From positions 37,200,001-37,264,000 of the forward strand of contig NC_086123.1 in NCBI RefSeq assembly GCF_963921235.1: 64,000 bases of DNA. The letters are read 5' to 3'. This DNA is from Mobula hypostoma. Lineage: Eukaryota. Positions within the stretch are counted from its first letter, which is position 1, and every line of letters starts with the position of its first letter. The translations under genes and the position numbers were made by a program. The notes beneath the pieces were generated by a model. It made no database searches. It was not told where the DNA came from and saw only the letters and a program-made list of their open reading frames with translations. Positions 11,619 to 23,075 of the stretch are shown here, piece after piece.

Positions 11619-13086
11619 TGTGTGAATTACTGGGTGAACGAGTAGTCTTTGGGGTACTGCAAGTCTTGTCTTTATTGATGATTTGCTGCACGCTTGAGTA
11701 CTTGGTGGGGGGTGCTGTAGGATGTATATTGTATACATTTCACTGACATTAAATGTACCAATTGAAACCTATAATTAAGGATAGAGTACCTGAAATGTTT
11801 TAGAGAGAGCAAACTAAACATCTTAATGATGTGACTAACTTTATCTATGGGGCATGTTTGACTTCTGGAAAACACTGAAGCCTCCGACGAGAGTGTCAGC
11901 AGAAGTTGCTCTAGTAGTTGAGGGTAGGTGAATTACCCAGCTGCAAAGTTGGCTGAGTGCAAGTGACATCAGATATAACAGAAAGGTGCTCTATTTGGCA
12001 GGATGAGACCTGTGATGTACAGAAGGATTTGCATTGTTGAACCATTTAGGCTGTGGGGAGGACAGTCTGCTAATGTCATCATGGTGTGTGGCGTTCTGAG
12101 TATTTAGATGGCCACATTAAATGGTTGAAATATGCAGAGAAGAAATGGGATGAATGAGATTTCTTGCAAGGACCTAGCATGGATCTGTAAGGCCGAATGG
12201 ACTTTCTCTGTATGAGATAAATAATGGTGAATGGATTTCAATGTGATGCCATTTTCTTCAGACTTTTAAAGTGAGCAATTCTTCAGTGGTGAAGATCTCA
12301 AACAGGGAAGATCCAAAGGAACTTCAGGGTCCATGTGCATGGATTGCTAAAATGGATCAACGAAAATTGGAGTGAGGACTTTCAGGTTTTAAGTACGAGA
12401 TGCAAAGGGCTGAGGTTAAGCCAGCCCTGTCCAATATTTTGTATACTGTAGGAAGGCTATTTCACTGAGGTGGGATTGCTTCATTCATTTACCAGACCGG
12501 TACCTGAAGGTTCATGATGAGATATTGAGAATAAGGCAGCAGGGGAAAATCGCCCATCAGCTGTGATCTGTTCGAATAACAGAGCCGGCGCAAATGGCTA
12601 AATACAGTAGCCTGTACAGAGACAAGTTTAGATCAACAACAGTTTCCACTCATAAAGCAGCTTTAGTGTGAAGAGCAACATCACAAAAACAGATCTTTTG
12701 ATTATTAAAGCACAAATCAGCTGCTATTTCCACATTACTCTTTTCAACTTGAGTCTGCAATTAAGGTTAAAGCAACAGAAAATCACCCATTACTCTGCTA
12801 CCTACGGGTCTGCGTACGCACGCTGATTGTCACCAGCATGAAATAATGCTGCTGGAAACTCTTTGGACTTTCAAAGTTAGGTTGCCACGAACACATGCTG
12901 GTTTGATATGGGACCCCAGTGAATATACTTTTGGGTTGTAACTGGGTGCATGAGACTTGAAATTGATAGAGAAAGATTCTGAAGCAATATGTACCACTGA
13001 AACCACAGCATCCAGGTCAAAAATAGCACATCCAAGTTCTGTCTACTTACCTTCCAGTGGTGGGCAGGTTTTGTACAATAAGACAT
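345..13086 (-). CDS. CRYBA4: Beta-crystallin A4, spliced CDS join(13086-13051, 8525-8407, 3705-3564, 2336-2194, 492-345), 195 aa
   Basis: Five exons with GT-AG boundaries and compatible phases (36+119+142+143+148 = 588 nt) give [32 protein letters not shown]...[17 protein letters not shown]. One Greek key per exon. [10 protein letters not shown] and [20 protein letters not shown] are betaA4-type. Head-to-head with betaB1. Confidence 0.95.
648..1822 (+). mobile_element. CR1 LINE, 5'-truncated, young (open RT C-terminal ORF), nested in an older CR1 3' fragment
   Basis: ORF 675-1724 contains [10 protein letters not shown] and KFADDTK; ends in a (TTTCTATG)n tail. Confidence 0.92.
2194..2336 (-). 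CDS. CRYBA4: CRYBA4 exon 5 (Greek key 3)
   Basis: ctgcag|[48 protein letters not shown]|gtaagt. Confidence 0.95.
2617..3420 (-). mobile_element. Degraded CR1 LINE 3' region with an inserted Penelope-type repeat
   Basis: [17 protein letters not shown]...RFTRMI translation; CR1-type 3' tail. Confidence 0.75.
3564..3705 (-). CDS. CRYBA4: CRYBA4 exon 4 (Greek key 2)
   Basis: cacag|[47 protein letters not shown]|gtaagt. Confidence 0.95.
4300..4930 (+). mobile_element. Rex1/Babar-like LINE 3' end containing a 70-bp x3 internal tandem duplication (about 4393-4610)
   Basis: [23 protein letters not shown] translation; gaaggagg recurs at 4401, 4471 and 4541; tactttgatgataaa-type tail. Confidence 0.7.
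5995..6555 (+). repeat. Copy 1 of a ~570-bp local direct duplication (copy 2 at 22502-23075)
   Basis: Collinear, highly similar sequence from tgtgaaggaaaactaaaa to gacagatg. Confidence 0.9.
8407..8525 (-). CDS. CRYBA4: CRYBA4 exon 3 (Greek key 1)
   Basis: ctgcag|[40 protein letters not shown]|gtgagt. Confidence 0.95.
10565..10722 (+). ncRNA. Candidate HDV-like self-cleaving ribozyme
   Basis: P1, P2, P3, P1.1, P4 and J4/2 (CTAA) found by eye in canonical order; see findings. Confidence 0.6.
10895..11200 (+). repeat. Minisatellite, 34 bp x 9 (CCAAGGAGAACTCCAGTTGTGACGACTACTCGTA)
   Basis: Unit starts at 10895, 10929 ... 11167; copies are nearly identical. Confidence 0.97.
11578..11616 (+). repeat. 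(GA)n microsatellite
   Basis: About 19 perfect GA units. Confidence 0.97.
13051..13086 (-). CDS. CRYBA4: CRYBA4 exon 2 coding part (N-terminal arm)
   Basis: ATG at 13086; [12 protein letters not shown]|gtaagt resembles the betaA4 arm (mammalian MTLQCTKSAGPWK). Probable acceptor ccccag| puts the exon start at 13117. Confidence 0.88.
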
Positions 13087-13154
13087 CTTGAAATTTGTTT
13101 AAACTTTAGACTAAGACCTGGGGATTTAAACAGAAAGGAACAAGATTAAACTTT

Positions 13155-13535
13155 CATAGAAACATAGAAACATAGAAAATAGGTGCAGGAGTAGGCCATT
13201 CGGCCCTTCGAGCCTGCACCGCCATTTATTATGATCATGGCTGATCATCCAACTCAGAACCCCGCCCCAGCCTTCCCTTCATACCCCCTGATCCCCGTAG
13301 CCACAAGGGCCATATCTAACTCCCTCTTAAATATAGCCAATGAACTGGCCTCAACTGTTTCCTGTGGCAGAAAATTCCACAGATTCACCACTCTCTGTGT
13401 GAAGAAGTTTTTCCTAATCTCGGTCCTAAAAGGCTTCCCCTCTATCCTCAAACTGTGACCCCTCGTTCTGGACTTCCCCAACATCGGGAACAATCTTCCT
13501 GCATCTAGCCTGTCCAATCCCTTTAGGATCTTATA
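13155..13535 (-). mobile_element. CR1 LINE 3' end, same young subfamily as 648-1822
   Basis: [13 protein letters not shown]...GYEGKAG translation; (CATAGAAA)n tail on + strand. Confidence 0.9.
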
Positions 13536-15159
13536 AGGTCAAGAGTGCCTCTGATTGTACCTGGGGACCATTGAATAGTCTAATAACAGCAGGATAGAAG
13601 CTGTCCTTGAGCCTGGTGGTAAGTACTCACAGGCTTTCGTCGATCTGCACCAAGTTTTCTCTGTAACTGTAATACTTTATTCTGCACTTTATTTTTGTTT
13701 TCCCTTGAACTACCTCAGTGATCTGTATGGATGGCATGAAAAACAAAACTTTTCACTCGATCTCAATACATTTGACAATAATGAACCAATAATGAACCAA
13801 TTCATCAAAGGTACTTTTATTGCTAATTCTCTCCATCAATATCTTGAAGACGTTGGGGTGATCACTATTGATAGAAACTAAACCGGACTAGATACATCAA
13901 TGTTGTGGATACATGATAGATTCCATACTGGATCATTCTGAGGTGTGACCTGAATCCTGACACCCCGAATTCTTCCCTCCATCTACAAGAAAGAAGTAAA
14001 AAGTCAGATGCTTTTCTATCCACTTCCCCGGAGCTCCAGTTATTCCCAAGAGGCGCGACCATGAGACGAAGGCAAATGAAGCCCCTCTGCCTGGAACTCC
14101 ATTCACCATCCGAGATGATTATTCCACAAATCCTTTGTGTACAGAAGATGCCGTGTGTAACATCCCTCAGATGCATGGGAGTTTCTTAACTACTCTGACA
14201 ACACCTCCAAAGCCCACAAGACGGACAAAGCCAGCAGCCAGTGAGATGAGGATGAGCCGACATTTGGTTGTCACAGGCTCAGTTATTACAGTCACTACCT
14301 CTCACTCCAATCTTTTTATGCCATGGACAAATACCATTAAACAAATGGTTCATGGACCCCAGGCTGGGAACCCCTGATCTCGAGGCTCAGAGTGAAAGGG
14401 AAGGAGCCTGGACAACACACAAAGTGATAGTGATGCCCTAGACACAATGAATCAATGTCCAGAGTAGAGGGCAGCATATCATTCCCATTGAAAACAATCT
14501 CAGTGAAGATGAAAATGAGTTTACTGCCAAACAAGAAATTTGGGGCAGCATAATTTTCCAAAGATGTACAGGTTAGCGGGTTAATTGGTCACATTGGGCT
14601 TGTTGGGCCTGAAGAACGTGGTATTGTGCTGTATCTCTGAATTAGAATTAATAAGATGTGGCCTTAGTTGCTATGAATCAATGTTCTGTGTAGCGAGCAG
14701 AGCATTATTGCCAATGAAAATAATCTTAGTGAAGATGAAAATGAGATTACTGCCAAACAAGTGATATAACCCTGACCCTATGGAGCTGAGGTAAGTAATG
14801 GAATCACATTTCCTGGCACCACGCAGTGGCTAATCAACACATTATAGACAAGGACAGGAGAAGTTCTGGCTACAACGTTCCACTGAAGTTGAGATGACCC
14901 AGTTGAGTGACTGTAAGTATTGTATTATATAGGTGTGGGCCCAGAGAAAGGAATAAAATCCATTTCAGATTCCTCTTTGAAGATTCAATTCTAACTCCAG
15001 TCAGCTGGGAACTGAGCAGTTGTGTGGCTCCCAACACATTCCTGCCACGTTAACAGGGCTATCTGTGGTTTTTTCCTGCCGAGGTGGTTGGTCAAAGAGC
15101 CACAGAGTAACACAACACAGAAGCAGAACCTTTGGCCCAAGGTGACCATCTAAGCTGCC

Positions 15160-15253
15160 CACACAAAATGCTGGAGGAACTCAGCAGGTCAAGCAGCATC
15201 TATGAAGGAGAATATATAGCCGATATTTCGGGCCAAGACCCTTCATCAGGACC
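15160..15253 (-). mobile_element. Penelope-type short repeat carrying a minimal hammerhead motif (15218-15253)
   Basis: Minus strand reads GGTC CTGATGA AGGGTCTTGGCCC GAAA TATC GGCT. Related copies near 3208, 7686, 23289, 26370, 29990, 41561 and 53701. Confidence 0.6.
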
Positions 15254-16345
15254 AAGCCCACATCTGGTCCAAATTCTTATAAACCTTTCCTATCCACGTA
15301 CTTGCCCGAATGTCTTTTAAGCATTGTAATTGTAAACCACTTCCTTTGAAAGCCTGTTCTATCCACACTGACCTCTCCAAGAAGGAGTTGCTCCTCAGAT
15401 CCCTTTTGAATCTTTCACCTTAAACCTGGTGGTGGATGGTCATATGAGCAACTGGTGCACATCACAAATCCTGGTTATGTGACCATGCAGACGATCTCTG
15501 TGGAGTATTGATAATGGCTGGGCTCACCCGTCTTGTAAAGACACTGCCCAGAAGAAGGCACTGGCAAACTACTTCTGTAGAAAGAATTGCCAAGAACAGT
15601 CACGGTCACATTGCCTGGCTTTTCTCTAACAGGGGCACAAATTCCCACCAGTGCTGTGAGAGTACGATCACCAGATGGACTGCAGGTTGCTGCTAGTTAA
15701 TCAAGGGTGATAAAGATGTTCACGTTATGTAAATGAATTAAAAATCAGCCGATGAGTTAAAATCTGCCTAAGTCCCATGTGGTTCCATCCTGTCAGCTTC
15801 CTGGTATCCATGTATTGGTCTCAAACCTCAAAGAAATTGCAAACATATATTCTTGAATGTTAGCCCTTTGCTCACAAAATCAGATATTTTTTGCAGAAAA
15901 TTACATAGAAACTCCAGGCCCTTTGGCTGTGCAGCTCAGTGCTGTTCTCTATGATCCACACAAGCCTGTTTCCAGTGTCCTTCATCACACTCTATCGCCA
16001 TAGATTTCTATTCCTTCCCCCCTCCCCACCACATCCAACCTTTATTCACCTTCTCCTCTAACATGTCTACCTCCAACCACTTCCGGTAGCACTGAGTTCC
16101 TTGTTCCAATTCTTTTGTTTAGGTAAAGAGGTTTCACACCAGATACATCAGTCAACAACTTTGACTCCCTTCAAGGAGAAACATCTCCTCTATAGTTCCC
16201 CCATCAGTCACCTCTATCATTTTAAAGGCCTCAGTCGTGCTTCTTGAGATGAGAACTCCTACCTCATTACACTTTTCTGATGACTAAAACTTCCCAGTTC
16301 TGGTATCATTCCAATAAATATTTGCACCATCTCTACCTACTTCAT

Positions 16346-16800
16346 GGGGTGTATGGAGAGTCCAAGGAAGGGTAACACTTCTGGTGAAGGGGCTTGTCCT
16401 ACCCATTTTGGGGCAGCTCACTCATCTTTGGTCCCCACTAGACACTCAGCTCTCACCTGTGACTGAGTAGCTGTTTGCATGTGGCAGCAGCCACACCCCG
16501 GTACACCACTTCACCAGATGAGGGTAGCTGTTGGCCTCTTTCCCCGGTGAGACAGGGAGATGCCTGACCCAGCATGCGATTCAGCTCTGGCAGACTGGCT
16601 GGATGAGATCTACAGTGAGATCCAACGGCTAGTAAGGTGGTTCTGTCACAGTTATCCACTGTAACAAAGGAAGACCCCAGCTTATTCGTACCACTGGACC
16701 CAGACCTTTGATCTCGGGAGAGTGGAACTGCCCCAGTTCAATAGCTTTTCCACTTTAAGGCTTCCTGTCATCATTGGACATCATGGACAACCACCACCAC
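16346..16800 (+). mobile_element. Second, degraded copy of the 10565 element
   Basis: Shares GGGGTGT, ggcagctcactca, ctcagctctcacctgtg, acacccc-ggta and gtggaact...gcttttccac. Confidence 0.65.
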
Positions 16801-17291
16801 CCACCCAGCTGCTTCACACACCTTCTGTATTGTGGAAACCAGAACACTGCAAGATGCTGCACCCAAAGTTCTATCTGACATTATCAGTTACTACAATGCT
16901 CATAAGTCCTTTCCCACCAAGTAAAACTTTTACTTAGTTCAGATTCCATCACACCTCCCCCTTCAGTTATTGAGAACCAGCAGTTCTGATGTACTCTGCC
17001 CAAGACTCCAACGGTGGAGCTGGCGGGAGATGATGACACGTCAACGGCAGTGAAGGCGAAGGAAGGCTGCAGCAGTGAACGGCCCCCAGTCGTCTTCAGC
17101 GCTGTACCATGGGACGCTGACCCCGATCTGTCAAGGACTGTGTGCTGGCTGCCGGTGCATCAGACTCCCCATGTTAAACAAAATCACACACAGCTGTTGT
17201 CCATTAAAGCATTAATCCCTTGGGAGAACATCATACTTGACTCGAGATCGCATGACTGCAGGACAGTATCACAATATATTTTCTCACTTAC

Positions 17292-17325
17292 CTTGCTGCA
17301 CTGCACTGGGACTGAGAGCCCTGAG
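17292..17325 (-). other. CRYBA4: Probable non-coding exon 1 of CRYBA4
   Basis: Short segment about 25-30 nt downstream of a TATATAAAAG box, ending in the strong donor AAG|gtaagt. Beta-crystallin genes typically have a short non-coding first exon. Confidence 0.7.
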
Positions 17326-17349
17326 AGCAAAGTGTGCTTCCTTTCTGGG

Positions 17350-17535
17350 CTTTTATATAGTCACTTTACATAGTCACTTGCTGAGATGCATATTCTTTAA
17401 ACCCCTAGGTCAGCATGAGGGAGGGGATTTAATGAGGGTTTATTGTGCTTACAACAATATATGACAAAGTCCCGATCTATAGAGAAGAGAGCAAGGCCTG
17501 AAGGAAACTGCATGCACATCACGTTAGCAAAAATA
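17350..17535 (-). promoter_or_regulatory. CRYBA4 proximal promoter
   Basis: TATATAAAAG (17359-17350, minus). Maf half-sites TGCTGAG (17379-17385) and TGCTGAC (17415-17409, minus). Sox-like ATTGT/ACAAT near 17443-17458. Confidence 0.65.
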
Positions 17536-20500
17536 ACTTTGGTATTAACCCTTTGACCCAGGAATGTAACACATGAATCCTGTAATCAGAATCCAGCCCC
17601 TGAACAACCATTTACACAATCTGGCAATGCCCTGAACATCACAGAGGTCAAATATTGTGAAATGGATTTTCAACTTACCCGCAAAGGGAAACATCTTCTC
17701 TACTTCCAGCCCATCAAATTCTTTCATAATATTCTCTGTCACACTACTCAAAGTCTCGCTTTGTTCAGAGAGCCTGAGTCTATATATTATTAAATCTCAC
17801 CAGCATTAATCTTTTTTACAATGTTATCACTCATTTTTAGTTACAAGTGAATGGTCCACAACCATCCGACTGTGCTCTGCTTGAGAGACACGGGAGATTG
17901 CCAATGCGGGAATCCAGAGCAACAGATCGTCTGCCGGGGGAGCTCCTTGGGTTGAGCGGCATCTGTGGGGGTCCCAACTCAGCTGCTGAGTTCCACCAGC
18001 AGATTGTTTGTTGTGTAATACTCTACCTGTGAACCACATTTCTGTATCACCACCAAAGTGGCCTGATACCACCCGAGGAGCTTCAGCTGTTGAAAACCTG
18101 TGTTCCTCCATTTAGAGATTTATAGAAAGTTTGGCTTTATTTGTCACATGCACTTCGAAACATGCAGTGAAGTGCATCATTTACAACAAATCAAAGCAGC
18201 GAGAATGTGTGGGGGCAGCCCACAAGTGTTGCCAGGCTTCCAGTGCCAACATAGCATGCCTGAAACTTCCGAACCATAACCTAAGTGGTTGCCAATTGGG
18301 GCCCATGGACCCTTGCTTAATGCTATTGGTGCTTGGCATAAAAATGATTGGGAAGCTCTGCCCTAACCCATACAACTCTGGAATGTGGGAGGAAACTGGA
18401 GTACCCAGAGAAAGCCCACATGGCCACAGAGAGAACATACAAACTGCTTACAGATAGCTGTGGGAATCGAATCCCAGTTGGTGGTTTGGCATGTAACCCC
18501 TCCCCCCAGCCCCCACAACTGCCTTCATATCTTTTGGACTTGATTTTTCCAGTGTATACGTGGCAGGCCTTGTTCAAACTACTCCCTGTATACATGAGCC
18601 TGTCCAAATCTCAGATCATGTCCTAACCTATACTAAGATAGATTGGTAGTGAAGGTTTAGAAGGCCAAACATTGGTTTAGTTGGACATCTTGGTTGGCAT
18701 ATACCAATTGGGCTGAAGGTCCTGTTTTTGTGTTATATGACTCAATGCCTCTAAGACAAGGCACTGGTGGCTGACAGGGGAGGGAGGTGGAGTCTTTTCA
18801 CCCCACATGCAAAGCCCCTGTGTCCTCTGAGGCATGACTTTGAGCTTCTCAATACTGTCCAGAATGTTCCTTCTCCACATGGTCCACAGATTCCGAGGAG
18901 TCAGGAGGGAATTTGCATTCCTTCATGGAGAGTGTTCCCGAACCGTTTCCTCCATCCAGCTTGGGACATTTTCCCAAAGGCCATTTCATAATGCAGTGTC
19001 TTCTTGAGAGTCTGGTGCCAGGCATGTTGGAGTGACGAGGATGGGCTGCTGTAGTTGATTAAGTGGAACTAGGGCCTCAGTGCACTCATGTCATATTTTT
19101 GCACAGTCTTCCTTCTCTCTCCCTTTTCAGTCTTGTATAATTTACATATAATTTATATTCTGTGTGTTGTCTGTTCCTCTGTGCCTGTGATTCTGCTCCA
19201 AGCAAGTTTCTCTTTATACCTGTACCTCACCGTGCTGGTGCACATGACAATAAACTTGACTTGACATTGTTTGCTTATCCTTCCAGTGGATCTGAAGGAT
19301 TCTGTGTAGTATCCTTCCAGGGTCTGCTGTAGGTTATCTCGGTCTTGGAGAAGGGTGATCATTCTAAAGTGAAGATACTGCTTAATCGGGAGCCAAAATT
19401 ACTCAGTGAGAACAGGAGTGATGGGTGAAGATTTCGTCATCTCTCAAACAGTAGCGATTACTGATGTCCTTTACACATTTATTAAGGGCATCTTCAAAGT
19501 TCAAAGTACATTTATTATCAAAGTATGTATACTATATAAAACCTTGAGATTTATCTCCTTACAGTCAGCCACAAGACAAAGATACCCAAAATAGCCCATT
19601 AACAAACAAAAGACCGTCAAACACACACTGTGCAGAGAGAGAAAAAAACAAATCATGCAAACAGCATTCAGAACTGAAGGCCGCAGAGCCTGGCATCACT
19701 GCTCCTGTTCGAGAAGCCCAGTAGTTTCAGGCCATAGCCTCATCCAGCACAGAGACAAACAACAGTGCAGCAGCGAGCTGAACCGAACTGTCCCTCATCT
19801 CCATCCCGGCACCCCGACCATTTCAATCTGGGCAGGCACGTAAATCGTCCAAACCTTGCTCTCTGCTACTTCAATACCCCCTCAGTCTCGGGCACTTCAA
19901 TTTGGCCAGTTTGGTTCGGCTCTACAATTGATCAAACCATGGACCTTACCTTGACTTTGCCTTGCCTTGGCTCCACTGCATCGAATTGCCTCCAAGTCCA
20001 GCCTCCAGCAACTCCAGCCCAGACATAGTGCAATCATCCTATCTCTCCGAGACCCCAGCCCACACTCCAGAATGGCAGGTAGTACAGCTCAATTCTGAAG
20101 GGAAAGCCACAGGCTGCTGTTTTCAGTGATCGTTTACTGGAAAAGGTGTGAATAACAAAGTATTCAGTTGCTTTCTTTGTTTCATTGCCACCAGGAAGTA
20201 TTTGCTGAACTTCAGCAACAAAGGAGGTGTAAGGTGCTCCTTTCCTCTGCTAGCCCACAGGACACCCATGGGCAAGGTGTTTAGTCCCCCGATCAGGGTC
20301 AAGTGAAGTCACGGGAGCAAACGGTAGGTAGTCACAAGTGACCACTGATGCCAGGCAGACAATGCCTGATGAGTATTGACAGTGGCCAAGAAAAATTTGC
20401 CAAGAACAATCATGGTCATGGAAAGATCATGATCGCCCACGTCATACGACATGGGATATAACAAACGAACAAGAGGGCATCAGTAATCACTACTGTTCAG

Positions 20501-21283
20501 GAAACTACAAGATTTTCACCATCACTCCTGTTCACACCGAACTACGTTGGCTACTGAATAAGCAATATCTTCACTGTAATGTTCATGCCCCTCAGGGTCT
20601 CTGTAAGTGCTGTAATGTATCACAACTGTTCCCACTCTGGAAACTCAGAAGCAATTACCCTACTATTGGCAGCTGTTCCTTCAAGTGTCAAATACCCAAA
20701 TTCTACAGTGCCCACAACTTACTAACCTGTTTGTCTTTGGGATGTGGGAGGAAACCCACATGGTCACAGGGAGAACGTATAGACAGCAGTGGGAATTGAA
20801 CCCTGCTCGTTGGAGCTGTAAAGTCTTACACCAGCTGCTACACTACCAGCGATTGAGAAACCGGGTGAAAATCGGATTGTTGTGTTGGCTGTCTCGGGTG
20901 TGAGATGGAGCAACGGCTACTTGATTTTCAATGAATGAGGAAGGAAAATAGTGGATACGAAGGAATTCCACAGCTTGGGTCTCAAGGAAAGAACAAAGTG
21001 AAAAATATGGTTCAGACACAGCACATAAACACTCACTAGCTTTCACCCCACTCCCTCCCAATTCCGATTTGATGGAGAATCTTATATTTGTTTTTGTGTC
21101 GTATCTGTGTAAGAGAGGTTCACAGTCAAATTTGAAATGTTGTCACTGCTGGAATGTCGTGCTAGTCGCAGATGGCACAGCAAGATCCCACAAATTGCAA
21201 TACAATAATAATATCAGGATCGCCTATCAAAGTGGTCTTATTTGAAGTTTGAATGTTGGCCAGAACTTTGCTCTAGAATGTAG

Positions 21284-22198
21284 GCTATAGAACACTACAA
21301 TAATAGTACAGACACTTCACTCATGATTGTGCCAACCTTTTAACCTACTCGAAGATCAATCTAACCCATCCCTCTTACATAGTTCTCCATTTTTCTCTCA
21401 TCCATGTGCCTATCTGAGCGTCTCTTTACCAGCCCAGCAATGCATTCCACACATCCAACACTCTCTGTGTAAAATAACCCACCTCTAACATCCCTCCTAT
21501 ACTTTCCTCCAATCACCTTAAAATGATGTTCTGTTGTAATAGTTATTTCTGCTCTGAAAAAGCCTCTGGCTGAGCAATGTATCTATGATTCTTATCATCT
21601 TGTACACCTCTGTCAAGTCACCTCTCATCTTCCTTCGCTCCAAAGAGAAAAGCCCTAGTTCACTCAACCTTCCCTCATAAGACATGCTCTTTAATCCCGG
21701 CAGCATCCTGGTAAATCTCCCTCGTTCCCTCTTTAAAGCTTCCACATTCTTCCTATAATGGGATGACCAGAACTGAACACAATACTTCAAGTGTGGTCTA
21801 ACCAGGGTTTTATAGAGTAACAACATTGCCTAGCAGCTTTTGAACTCTTTCCCCAACTAATGAAGGCCAGTGTGTTATATGTCTTCTTAACCGCCCTCTC
21901 AATTTGCATGGCAACTTTGACACAGAGCCTGAAATCCTGCTGTTCCTCAACACTGCTAAGAATCCTACCATTTACTTTGGACTCTGCTTTCAGATTTGAC
22001 CCTGTAAGGTGAATCACTTCTCACTTCTCCAGAATGAACTCCATCTGCCACTTCTCAGCCCAGCTCTGCACCCAGTCAGCGTCCTGCTGTAACTTGAACC
22101 ACCTTCTACACTATCCATAACACCACCAACCTTTGTGTCATCTGCGAACGTACTAACCCACCCTTCCACTTCCTCATCCAAGTAAGTTATTAAGATCA
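21284..22198 (-). mobile_element. Degraded CR1 LINE RT/3' end
   Basis: STFADDTKVGG and LYKTLVRPHLKYCVQFW fragments. Confidence 0.85.
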
Positions 22199-22501
22199 CA
22201 CTCTAGTTTGAAGTGTTGCCACAGACTGTCACACATTCATTAGAAGAGACAGAGAGGGCCTCAGAATAACTTGTAATGCCAACCAAAACAGCAGGTCTGA
22301 AATTGCAGCCTGATGTTGAAGTCAGATTTGAACCATCTATTTTATTAGCTCATTGCAACTTCCACTAAGCCATATAATGATTCAGCTCCATGCCCACAGG
22401 AAAATGAATCTCAGGGTGAGATATAAGTATGGTATGTACCTTGATAATAAAATTTACTTTGAACTTTGATACTGAACTCACTCAGGTACTTTGCAACTGG
22501 T

Positions 22502-23075
22502 TGTGAAGGAAAACTAAAAGGAAACTACTTCGGAATATAGGACCCCAGGGTGTACAAATTAGGACTAGGGGTGTTTGGATTGGAGCCAGCAAGCACCTCT
22601 GCGTGCACCGGTCATCGTTCATTTTAAGGAAAGAACAAGGTGCTAGAGGAACTCAGTGGATTAGGCAGCATCTGTGGAGAGAAATGGACAGTCAACATCT
22701 TAGGTTGCAATCCCTCACCTGGACTGATTGGGTCCAGATAAAAGATCTCAACCCAAAACATTCCTCGACAGATGCTGCCTGACTGGTTGTGCTCCCCCAG
22801 CATCTTGTCTGTCATTCCACATTCCACTCTCTGCAGTCCCTTGTGTCTGTATTGTTAGTTTCAAGTTTGAGATTGATAAATATTCGATACAGCACATTGG
22901 GTAGACCAGAGTGAGATAGGTCACAGATCAGCCATGATCTCATTGAATCCAGGAACTGGCCTGGGGCAGCAATAGGCCTCTTCTCAGCCCTACTTTTGTG
23001 CTTCAAAACATTTGTTCAATCTACCTACAGGTTTGTTAGATATAATGGAACCATAACAAGACCTTCTGACAGATG
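22502..23075 (+). repeat. Copy 2 of the ~570-bp local direct duplication
   Basis: Matches 5995-6555 with small indels. Confidence 0.9.

Noticed and set aside
345-13086. Assignment as CRYBA1 (betaA3/A1), suggested by the last exon
   Set aside because: The short CTK-containing arm, [20 protein letters not shown] and head-to-head linkage to betaB1 favour CRYBA4.
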